Virus genome (UHGV): UHGV-0177136
Direction: 5' to 3' (one strand)
DNA from: a virus
DNA: 34,105 nucleotides
Shown: positions 26,953 through 34,105 of the stretch, one piece after another
Layout: every line of letters begins with the position of its first letter
Position numbering within the stretch: the first letter of the stretch is position 1
Made by a program: the position numbers and the translations under genes
Notes under the pieces: model-generated
What the model saw: only the letters and a program-made list of their open reading frames with translations
Databases searched by the model: none
Told to the model about the DNA's origin: nothing

Positions 26953-28722
26953 ATGAATGCTGCCCTGACTGAACGACTGGTTTATGTCGCCCGCGCGGCA
27001 CGTGACGCGGGGCATGGTAAACGCGGTGCAATATACGACGCTGCCTGTGCTGAACTTGGCATGTCCCGCGCCACTCTGCTGCGCAGGCTGAAGGAGGTCT
27101 CTGTGACTGATAAACGCAAAAAACGCGCCGATGCCGGGCGCAGCGCCCTGACCCGCGACGAAGCCGCGCTGATATCTGCCACACTGCGTGAGGCCACCCG
27201 CAAGAACGGTAAGCGTCTCTATTCCATCGCGGATGCAGTGGAAACCCTGCGGGCTAACGGCTTTATCTCCGCAGGCAGAACAGATGAAACCACCGGTGAG
27301 TTTTTCCCGTTGTCCGAAGATGCCATCAGCCGTGCCCTGCGTAACTATGGCCTGCACCCGGAACAACTGGATGCCCCTGCACCACATACTGAAGTGGCCA
27401 GTCTGCATCCCAATCATGTCTGGCAGATTGATGCCTCGCTCTGCACGCTTTACTACCTGAGCAATGGACATAAAGGGCTGCAGGTGATGGACAGCGCGAA
27501 GTTCTACAAGAACAAGCCCGCTAACCTTGCCCGTATCGCCAGTGACCGCGTGTGGAGTTACGAGATTACCGACCATGCCAGCGGCTGGATTTACGTTGAG
27601 TATGTGACGGGGGCGGAATCCGGTGAGAACCTGTGTTCTGTGCTTATCAACGCCATGCAGGAGCGTGGCGGCGCAGACGTGTTGCACGGTGTGCCGAAAA
27701 TACTCTATCTCGACCCCGGCTCGGCAAACACCGCGGGTATGACGAAAAACATGTGTCGCTCACTGGGCATTGACCTGATAGCGCACAAGCCGCATAACGC
27801 CCGCGCCACCGGACAGGTGGAAAAGGCGCGTGACATTATCGAACGCAAGCTGGAGCCGGGTCTGAAGTTCCGGCCGGTTCACAGTCTGGAAGAACTCAAC
27901 GCGCTGGCCGCGAAATGGCGCAGCCACTTTAACGCCACGGCTGTTCACAGCCGCCACGGTAAAACCCGCACGGATATCTGGCTGAAGATTACTGCTGAGC
28001 AGCTGAAAAAAGCGCCTTCCGTTGAGGTATGTCGTGAACTGGCTGTGGCGGCACCAGAACTCCGCAAAGTCACGCCAAAACTTCGTGTCTCGTTCCGGGG
28101 CACTGAATTTGACGTATCAACGGTACCGGGCGTACTGGTCGGTGAAAAACTGATGATTACCCGTAACCCGTGGCGCAGCGATGTGGCACAGGTGGTTCTG
28201 ACCGGTGAGGACGGCCACGAGACGTTCTTCCTGGTCGAAGAGGTCAGAAAGAACGAGTTTGGCTTTGCTGAAGGCGCGGCGGTATTTGGCGAAAGTTACA
28301 AAGCCCTGCCGGAAACCCCGGCGCAGATGGCGGCAAAAGAAACCGAAGAGCTGGTCACCGGTACAGACAACGCCGCAGATGCAGCTGCCGCACGCAAGGC
28401 GAAGGCGCTGCCGTTCGGCGGGCGGCTTGACCCGTATAAACATATTGATGACGCCACACTTCCGGCCTACATGCCGAAGCGCGGTCAGGCCTCTGACGTA
28501 CGCGGGCCGCGCACTGAACAACGTCCCATGACTCATGTGGAGGCCGCGAAAGCCCTGCGCGATAAGTTCAGCGCCGACGGCCTTACCTGGACGCCGGAAC
28601 ATTACCGCCAGTTAACGGCACAGTACCCGGACGGCGTACCGGAAGCTGCACTGGATGAAGTCATGGCCACGCTGACCACGCCGGCACGCAGCAGTGTTAT
28701 CAGCATTGTTAACGGCAACTGA
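26953..28722 (+). CDS. DDE transposase, Mu A-like
   Basis: 589 aa; N-terminal HTH-like region then integrase-core-like segment with candidate catalytic residues (WQIDAS, YLDPGS, downstream E); followed by the ATPase partner. Confidence 0.8.
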   Translation: MNAALTERLVYVARAARDAGHGKRGAIYDAACAELGMSRATLLRRLKEVSVTDKRKKRADAGRSALTRDEAALISATLREATRKNGKRLYSIADAVETLRANGFISAGRTDETTGEFFPLSEDAISRALRNYGLHPEQLDAPAPHTEVASLHPNHVWQIDASLCTLYYLSNGHKGLQVMDSAKFYKNKPANLARIASDRVWSYEITDHASGWIYVEYVTGAESGENLCSVLINAMQERGGADVLHGVPKILYLDPGSANTAGMTKNMCRSLGIDLIAHKPHNARATGQVEKARDIIERKLEPGLKFRPVHSLEELNALAAKWRSHFNATAVHSRHGKTRTDIWLKITAEQLKKAPSVEVCRELAVAAPELRKVTPKLRVSFRGTEFDVSTVPGVLVGEKLMITRNPWRSDVAQVVLTGEDGHETFFLVEEVRKNEFGFAEGAAVFGESYKALPETPAQMAAKETEELVTGTDNAADAAAARKAKALPFGGRLDPYKHIDDATLPAYMPKRGQASDVRGPRTEQRPMTHVEAAKALRDKFSADGLTWTPEHYRQLTAQYPDGVPEAALDEVMATLTTPARSSVISIVNGN

Positions 28723-28732
28723 GGAGGAAAAC

Positions 28733-29899
28733 ATGCTGGTACTGAAGCAGCAACTGAAAGAGGCCCGTATCTCACAGGCGGTGGTGGCGAGAGCTGTCGA
28801 TGTTTCTGAGGCCACGCTGGCCCAGATTGTGAATCATAACGCGTGGCCCCGCACCCGCCCCGGAGAAGTGCGCCGGCGTCTTGCGTCCTGGCTGGAAAGT
28901 CAGGGGATTGATACAACGAAGAGTTTTGATGCTGTACAGGGCGCGGCCACGCCCCGTACAGCGGGTACCACAGATAAAACGAGCCTCAGTGAGGAAGAGA
29001 ATATGTTACTCAAAAAACAGGTGTTATTTCCAGCAACCAAAAAAGCGTTTGGTCTTTTCCGTGACCCGTTCGCCGACGAAGCCATGCAGGGTTCTGATGA
29101 TGTGTTCACCACCCCGGACATCCGCTATGTGCGTGAGGCGCTGTACCAGACAGCCCGTCATGGTGGATTTATGGCCGTCATCGGTGAGTCCGGTGCGGGC
29201 AAATCCACGCTGCGCCGCGACCTGACTGAACGTATCAACCGCGAGAATGCGCCGGTAATTGTTATCGAGCCATACGTCATCGCTATGGAAGACAACGATG
29301 TGAAAGGGAAAACTCTGAAGGCAGCAGCGATTGCCGAAGCCATTATCAGTACCATCGCACCACTGGAAAGCATCAGACGCAGTCAGGACGCCCGCTTTCG
29401 CCAGTTGCATCGCGTCCTGAAAGACAGCAGCCAGGCGGGGTTCAGCCACGTTCTGGTGATTGAGGAGGCTCACAGTCTGCCCATTCCGACACTGAAACAC
29501 CTCAAACGCTTTTTTGAGCTGGAGTCCGGTTTCAAAAAGCTGCTGTCCATCATGCTGATTGGCCAGCCGGAACTGGCGACAAAACTGTCTGAACGCAACA
29601 TGGAAGTCCGCGAAGTCGTTCAGCGCTGTGAGGTGGTCGAACTTCTGCCTCTGGACAATCACCTTGAAGAATTTCTGACGTTCAAACTGCAACGGGCCGG
29701 TAAACAACTGACGGACATTATGGACGCCAGCGCAGTGGATGCCATACGTACCCGCCTGAGCAATCCGGGAAGTCATCGTAAAAATATGGTCAGCCTGCTG
29801 TATCCGCTGGCCGTCAGTAACCTGGTAATAGCCGCCATGAATCTGGCCGCTGAAATCGGGGTTCCACAGGTCAACGCTGACGTTGTCAAAGGGGTTTAA
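28733..29899 (+). CDS. transposition ATPase, MuB/TniB-like AAA+
   Basis: Start ATG 28733 after GAGGAGG (track ORF starts at an upstream GTG); N-terminal HTH-like segment; Walker A GESGAGKST; Walker B-like HVLVIEEAH. Confidence 0.8.
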   Translation: MLVLKQQLKEARISQAVVARAVDVSEATLAQIVNHNAWPRTRPGEVRRRLASWLESQGIDTTKSFDAVQGAATPRTAGTTDKTSLSEEENMLLKKQVLFPATKKAFGLFRDPFADEAMQGSDDVFTTPDIRYVREALYQTARHGGFMAVIGESGAGKSTLRRDLTERINRENAPVIVIEPYVIAMEDNDVKGKTLKAAAIAEAIISTIAPLESIRRSQDARFRQLHRVLKDSSQAGFSHVLVIEEAHSLPIPTLKHLKRFFELESGFKKLLSIMLIGQPELATKLSERNMEVREVVQRCEVVELLPLDNHLEEFLTFKLQRAGKQLTDIMDASAVDAIRTRLSNPGSHRKNMVSLLYPLAVSNLVIAAMNLAAEIGVPQVNADVVKGV

Positions 29900-29901
29900 T
29901 A

Positions 29902-30171
29902 ATGAAATCCACCACAGGTATCAACCAGCAAATCAGTAAAGTGCAGTCAGCCATTATGGCGCTTAAGGCGACGAACACGGATGTACAAAGCATCACCATC
30001 AGGGGTAACAAACCTGTCATCCGTGTTTCCAGGAGTGCGCATTGCATGCGCATGCTTGAGCAGGGAAAGGCCTGTTATCTGTATACCGGACATGACCACA
30101 GGGGATATTTCCGTCAGGGCGTTTTCGAACTGCACGGCTGTCGCGTCGTGTGGCCGGAATCTTTGTGGTAA
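29902..30171 (+). CDS. hypothetical protein
   Basis: 89-aa ORF tightly following the ATPase gene. Confidence 0.4.
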   Translation: MKSTTGINQQISKVQSAIMALKATNTDVQSITIRGNKPVIRVSRSAHCMRMLEQGKACYLYTGHDHRGYFRQGVFELHGCRVVWPESLW

Positions 30172-30198
30172 TCAGCACAACTGGAGAAATCATAAAAA

Positions 30199-30729
30199 AT
30201 GGCAAAAAGTACAAAAGGTGCAAAACGTATCAAGGCCGCAGCAGCACTCTGGGTGCCGGGGACACGTGAAGAGGTCATTGAGGGCATCAGACTGCTCGGT
30301 GACGCACACCGTGAACTGGTCAGGGCTGAAACAGAAATGAATGACGCCATTGGCGATATCACCGCACGTTATGCCCCGCTCACCGAGAGCCTGAAAAAAC
30401 GCATGGCCGAACTGCAGTCCGGTATTCAGACATGGTGTGAGGCACACCGTGATGAACTGACCGGCAACGGGAAGGTGAAGTTTGCTAACCTCACCACCGG
30501 CGAGGTGCAGTGGTGAAACCGCCCGCCGTCAGTCAGCATTCGCGGAGCGGATAATGTTATTGAACTACTGAGACGTCTGGGGCTTGAGTGCTTTATTCGT
30601 GTAAAAGAGGAAATAAATAAAGACGCTATCCTGAATGAAAAAGAGGCCGTGAAAAATATTCCCGGTATTTCCATTAAAAGCGACATTGAGGATTTTTCAA
30701 TAATTCCTTTTGAGCAGGATGTGCAGTAA
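30199..30729 (+). pseudogene. gam: Mu Gam-like host-nuclease inhibitor interrupted by an in-frame TGA at 30514..30516
   Basis: Codons 1-105 (MAKSTKGAKRIKAAAALWVPGTREEVIEGIRLLGD...) match my recollection of Mu Gam. The same frame stays open after the TGA for 70 more codons (NRPPSVSIRGADNVIELLRRLGLECFIRVKEEINKDAILNEKEAVKNIPGISIKSDIEDFSIIPFEQDVQ) that match the Gam C-terminus; the TGA sits where Mu has Arg. Confidence 0.7.
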
Positions 30730-30826
30730 ACACACCACGTTAATTATTTAATAAAAACATTTTCTTTTTTATTCCGGCGTCAGCGCCGTGGGCTTCTGCA
30801 CGCCGGAAACAGAGGAGAATTAAATT

Positions 30827-31021
30827 ATGATATTTAAATGTATTCAGTGCGAGAGGGATATAACAGCCCTGCGTTTTCACAGCGCCATCGCCGTGGTGTC
30901 CGGTAAGTACCATGTACCTGCAGTACGTGTCACCCTGGTCTGTCCGTACTGCAGCCAGCATTTTTCGGCGGACGTGCCCGTCATGGAATTCTCCCGCCCT
31001 GACAGGGAGGACGCGCAATGA
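30827..31021 (+). CDS. small zinc-ribbon-like protein
   Basis: 64 aa with CxxC (CIQC) and CxxC (CPYC) pairs; RBS GAGGAG upstream. Confidence 0.5.
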   Translation: MIFKCIQCERDITALRFHSAIAVVSGKYHVPAVRVTLVCPYCSQHFSADVPVMEFSRPDREDAQ

Positions 31022-31290
31022 TTACCCCACAGGAAGCACGACAGCGCACCCGAACTCTTGTTGAACACTATGTCAACGAGTGTGAATGCCGCGACCTCAC
31101 CGATGTGAAGCACGTCCTGACGGCGCTAATCAGCATGGCCACGCAGGCCATTGTGGCAACCAACGGAAAGGAGGCTGCCCTGCAGGTACTGATGAACACA
31201 CTCACCCACACGGCAGAGCACGAGGTGCCGTACCGGGTGGAAACCACTGCAGAAGGCGGCCTGAACATCACCGTCGACCGGAAACACTGA
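31018..31290 (+). CDS. hypothetical protein
   Basis: 90-aa ORF; ATGA overlap with the upstream stop. Confidence 0.45.
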   Translation: MITPQEARQRTRTLVEHYVNECECRDLTDVKHVLTALISMATQAIVATNGKEAALQVLMNTLTHTAEHEVPYRVETTAEGGLNITVDRKH

Positions 31291-31299
31291 GGGCGCGGC

Positions 31300-31602
31300 A
31301 TGACACGGAACACCGAACTCACCCGCACCGCCCTCTACCGTCTGGCCCTGCAGCGTTTCGGGCCGGACGCACAGGCCCTGAAACTGACAGAAGAGGCCGC
31401 TGAACTGGCGGCCAGTGCCGCCCGCAACCTGAACGGACAGGGCAGCGAAAGTGACCTCGCGGCAGAGCTGGCAGACGTGGAAATCATGACAGAGCAGCTG
31501 CGCCTTCAGGGAATGGACCGGCTGATTGACTTCCACAAACAGAAAAAACTGGAACGCCTTGCCGCACGGCTGGGCGTCACATACACCGGAGAAATCATAT
31601 GA
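31300..31602 (+). CDS. small all-alpha protein with MazG-like EExxE signature (putative nucleotide pyrophosphohydrolase domain)
   Basis: 100 aa; TEEAAELAAS and ELADVEIM acidic motifs reminiscent of MazG/HisE-type NTP pyrophosphatases; from memory only. Confidence 0.4.
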   Translation: MTRNTELTRTALYRLALQRFGPDAQALKLTEEAAELAASAARNLNGQGSESDLAAELADVEIMTEQLRLQGMDRLIDFHKQKKLERLAARLGVTYTGEII

Positions 31603-31982
31603 ACCGCACCGAACAGACGCCACAACTGACGCCGGAAGATGCTGCACAGCGTATTCGGGTACTGGAAGACGAAAACGAATACCTGCGCAAGAGATTTGAA
31701 GAGGTGGACCTGTACTTCGGGCGCAATCTGGTCGTCATGAAAGCTGCAGTGATTGAGTGGCGGGCCACCGGTGATGCCTGGAACGGCATGGCGTGGATTT
31801 ACAACACCCTGTGTGGGCCGGGCGAACTGCCGCCGCAAGAGGAAAAAGAGGCACAGGAATACTTCAACAGGGAAACTGAAGTTATCGACAGAAAACTGGC
31901 TGCCCTGTACCACTGGTTCAGGAAATATCACAGGACACACGCCGCACCTGACCAGACCACCACAGGAGGTACCAGTGACTGA
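31599..31982 (+). CDS. hypothetical protein
   Basis: 127-aa ORF; ATGA overlap with the upstream gene. Confidence 0.45.
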   Translation: MNRTEQTPQLTPEDAAQRIRVLEDENEYLRKRFEEVDLYFGRNLVVMKAAVIEWRATGDAWNGMAWIYNTLCGPGELPPQEEKEAQEYFNRETEVIDRKLAALYHWFRKYHRTHAAPDQTTTGGTSD

Positions 31983-32190
31983 CACCATTATGGAAATTGT
32001 GGTATGGGCTTTCCTGCTTACTGGTATAGCCGTGTGCATCTGCGCCGGATTCGCCCTGGTTGCCCTGCTGACCCACGTGGTGACGCAGTGGTTATGGGAA
32101 AAGCTTAAAGCAGCATACAGCCTGAAAGAGCTGTCCGACGCTGTTCGGGCATGGAAACGGCAGAAAAATACCGGAGATACTGAACAATGA
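31975..32190 (+). CDS. small membrane protein (single TM helix)
   Basis: GTG 31975 with AGGAGG 7 nt upstream (ATG alternative 31990); VVWAFLLTGIAVCICAGFALVALL hydrophobic helix; lies inside a longer track ORF that starts upstream. Confidence 0.45.
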   Translation: MTDTIMEIVVWAFLLTGIAVCICAGFALVALLTHVVTQWLWEKLKAAYSLKELSDAVRAWKRQKNTGDTEQ

Positions 32191-32870
32191 CAGACCAGAA
32201 TAAACACATTGAGAAACTGAAAAAGTTGCTGGCGCTGGCCGCATCCGGCAACCCGCACGAGGCCGCTCTGGCACTGCGCCGCGCCCGTAAACTGATGGAT
32301 GTTCACGGCATCACACATTCCGACATTGCCATGAGTGATATTGATGAAACCATCAGTCATTACTGGCCGACAGGCAGTCTCCGTCCACCGCGCTACATGC
32401 TGGGCCTGATGAACATCATCCGCGAGGCATTTGGTGTTAACTCCATAATTCACCCCGGCACATATCCGGGTGTGGGGTTCTACGGCAACCGGGAACGGGC
32501 CGCACTGGCTGCGTACACCTGGGAAGTGCTGGCCCGCCAGCTGAAAAAGGCGCGTCAGCAGTATATCAGCGCACAGAACAAAAGAATAAAAACTGCCACC
32601 CGTACCAGCCGTGGTGACCAGTTTGCTGAAGGCTGGGTGCTGGTCGTTATCAGTGAAATACAGTCCTTCGCCCTGACCGATGACGAACGTGAACTGATGC
32701 AGCAGTGGCTGGAACATAAATACCCGCAGACGCAAACCACCAGGGCGCGTAAACCGGGAAGAAGCCGCAATGGCGACGCCTCGCGCTATGCGGGGTTTCG
32801 TGAAGGGCAGAACGTCAGACTGCACCGCCCGGTCAGTGGGCAGGAACAACAGAAACTGGAGGCCAGATGA
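32187..32870 (+). CDS. DUF2786-like phage protein
   Basis: 227 aa; N-terminus KLKKLLALAASGNPHEAALALRRARKLM typical of a widespread phage/plasmid family; ATGA overlap upstream. Confidence 0.55.
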   Translation: MTDQNKHIEKLKKLLALAASGNPHEAALALRRARKLMDVHGITHSDIAMSDIDETISHYWPTGSLRPPRYMLGLMNIIREAFGVNSIIHPGTYPGVGFYGNRERAALAAYTWEVLARQLKKARQQYISAQNKRIKTATRTSRGDQFAEGWVLVVISEIQSFALTDDERELMQQWLEHKYPQTQTTRARKPGRSRNGDASRYAGFREGQNVRLHRPVSGQEQQKLEAR

Positions 32871-33097
32871 TTACGCTATCAGGTAACAGCCGGAAATTAA
32901 AAGCCTGCCGAATATCTGCCAGATACCTTTTTGCCCGCGCCTTTTTTAAGAACGTCAGGCCGGGGATCACAATTGGTGTTATTGCCGGACGCGAACAGGT
33001 TGAAAAATACATGTCAGGTGCATGGTGGAATAACGACCCTGTCATTGCTGCCCGTAATATTCATATCAGTTGGGGGGATATTCAGAATGACTGCTGA
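32867..33097 (+). CDS. hypothetical protein
   Basis: 76-aa ORF; ATGA overlap with upstream gene. Confidence 0.35.
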   Translation: MITLSGNSRKLKACRISARYLFARAFFKNVRPGITIGVIAGREQVEKYMSGAWWNNDPVIAARNIHISWGDIQNDC

Positions 33098-33302
33098 ATC
33101 TGTTGTATGTGCCCTGTTCTGGTATTGTTTTGTCGGTTGGTGTACTGCTGAACTGCACCGCCGTTCAGGGTTTTATTCACGTTACAGTGGTGCCGGCTAC
33201 TGGATTAGCTGGTCGGTGATGTTCCTGTGCTGGCCTGTGGCGCTTCCTTTATATGTCGATTATATCGGTGGCGCAGGTAAAAGGAGCAACGATGATGACT
33301 AA
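33087..33302 (+). CDS. small membrane protein (two hydrophobic segments)
   Basis: ATG 33087 inside a longer track ORF; 71 aa with VVCALFWYCFVGWC and WISWSVMFLCWPVALPLYV. Confidence 0.4.
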   Translation: MTAESVVCALFWYCFVGWCTAELHRRSGFYSRYSGAGYWISWSVMFLCWPVALPLYVDYIGGAGKRSNDDD

Positions 33303-33744
33303 ACAACGTCTTATCCAGCTCATTCATATTGCCCGTAATGAACTGGGTATGGATGAAGACACCTACCGCCAGATGTTACAGGGGCTGACCGGTAAAGCCT
33401 CAACCAAAGGAATGGATACCACACAACTAAATTGCGTGCTGGAATCCATGAAAAGGAAAGGCTTTCGCGTTAAGCCTGCCGGAAAAGCCAGCTCCGGTTT
33501 ACAGCTGGATAACCATCCGCAGTCCAGGAAAATCCGTGCTCTATGGCTTGAAATGGCTGCTGCCGGCATTGTTCGTGACCGTTCAGAAAATGCATTAGCG
33601 CGGTGGATCAAGCGGGAAACGGGCATCAGCGCCCTGCGCTGGCTCAATACTGAACAGGCAAGCAGTGTTATTGAGAAACTGAAGAAGTGGCAGCACAGAG
33701 CTGCGGGAGTAAAACATGAGCGACCTGAATCAGTTTCGAAGTAA
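33292..33744 (+). CDS. gemA: GemA-like protein (Mu gp16 family)
   Basis: Start ATG 33292 after AAAGGAG; MMTKQRLIQLIHIARNELGMDEDTYRQMLQ... resembles Mu GemA-family proteins; directly precedes the Mor-like gene as in Mu. Confidence 0.65.
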   Translation: MMTKQRLIQLIHIARNELGMDEDTYRQMLQGLTGKASTKGMDTTQLNCVLESMKRKGFRVKPAGKASSGLQLDNHPQSRKIRALWLEMAAAGIVRDRSENALARWIKRETGISALRWLNTEQASSVIEKLKKWQHRAAGVKHERPESVSK

Positions 33745-34105
33745 AGGGCCGGAACTCCTGGTGGAACTGGCACAGCATACCTCTGAGACCGTTCGCGAGA
33801 TTATTGATATTGAGCCCGCAATTGCCGACCAGATTGGTCAGGCCGTCGCGAACCGCATGATGCAGGTCTGGGGCGGGCAAAACGTTTATTTCCCGATGGG
33901 CATGGTATGGAAGGTCAGTCAGCGCGACCGGGAAATCTTCAGGGAGTTTAACGGACGTAACCACCATGAACTGGCCCGCAAATTTGGTGTTTCGCTTCAG
34001 TGGGTCTACAGCGTGGTTAAGCGGGTAAGAAAAGAAGAACTGGATCGGATGCAGGGCAAGCTATTTGCTGATGAACCCGATGTAGATACGGAGAAAAAAG
34101 AGTAA
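33716..34105 (+). CDS. mor: Mor-like middle transcription activator
   Basis: 129 aa; C-terminal region (REFNGRNHHELARKFGVSLQWVYSVVKRVRK) resembles the Mu Mor/C family; complete, stop at 34103..34105. Confidence 0.75.
   Translation: MSDLNQFRSKGPELLVELAQHTSETVREIIDIEPAIADQIGQAVANRMMQVWGGQNVYFPMGMVWKVSQRDREIFREFNGRNHHELARKFGVSLQWVYSVVKRVRKEELDRMQGKLFADEPDVDTEKKE

Larger units (their letters stand above)
1..34105. mobile_element. Mu-like transposable prophage, internal segment (both ends outside window), divergent early/late organisation
   Basis: Contiguous set of Mu-type genes: ner-like, DDE transposase, MuB-like Walker-A ATPase, Gam-like, GemA-like, Mor-like, lysis cassette, DUF3486-like small terminase, large terminase, portal, Mu F-like, protease/scaffold, major head, sheath, tube, tape measure, baseplate, tail fibre. 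No terminal repeats or host flanks seen. Confidence 0.8.

Noticed and set aside
30514-30516. Interpreting the in-frame TGA in gam as selenocysteine or a programmed recoding site
   Set aside because: No evidence of a SECIS-like structure was examined and the homologous position in Mu Gam is arginine; a nonsense mutation or a sequencing error is the simpler explanation.
31506-32849. 447-aa minus-strand ORF antisense to several early genes
   Set aside because: Cys/Arg-rich, no motifs, no RBS context, and it runs opposite a series of plus-strand genes that have RBS sites, ATGA coupling and recognisable families; judged a GC-driven antisense artefact. The same applies to other long antisense track ORFs in GC-rich genes, for example 9861..10733, 12372..13106, 18140..18793, 26902..27687 and 29024..29776.
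1-34105. Prophage ends, attachment sites, target-site duplications, tRNA or rRNA genes, CRISPR arrays
   Set aside because: Genes continue to both window edges (tail fibre open at the left, Mor-like gene ending at the right), so the termini are outside the window; no direct-repeat array or RNA gene structure was recognised by eye.

Overview
The whole 34.1-kb window is interior to a Mu-like transposable prophage; neither phage end is visible. The organisation is divergent rather than Mu-colinear. The late genes run leftward on the minus strand from about 21.7 kb to the window start: lysis cassette, terminase, portal, head, sheath/tube, tape measure, baseplate, and a tail fibre gene that runs off the left edge. 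The early genes run rightward on the plus strand from about 25.5 kb to the window end: ner-like, two small regulators, DDE transposase, MuB-like ATPase, a Gam homolog, accessory genes, GemA-like and Mor-like. The central 21.7-25.5 kb region holds a Dam-family adenine methyltransferase, a repressor gene, and between them a lower-GC two-gene operon that I consider the most interesting feature: an NdpA/YejK-like DNA-binding protein coupled to a protein with two C-terminal transmembrane helices, sitting directly downstream of the repressor in a rexAB-like position. Other notable observations are an in-frame TGA inside an otherwise intact Gam homolog, a conserved motif pair (TTAAAATC-N23-CTGTCTCC) upstream of two late units with a diverged third copy, each preceded by a hairpin, a likely frameshifted tail chaperone pair, and a sigma70-like early promoter with an embedded inverted repeat. 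All functional calls rest on reading translations, gene order and motifs from memory; no database search was run. No rRNA, tRNA or CRISPR array was recognised.
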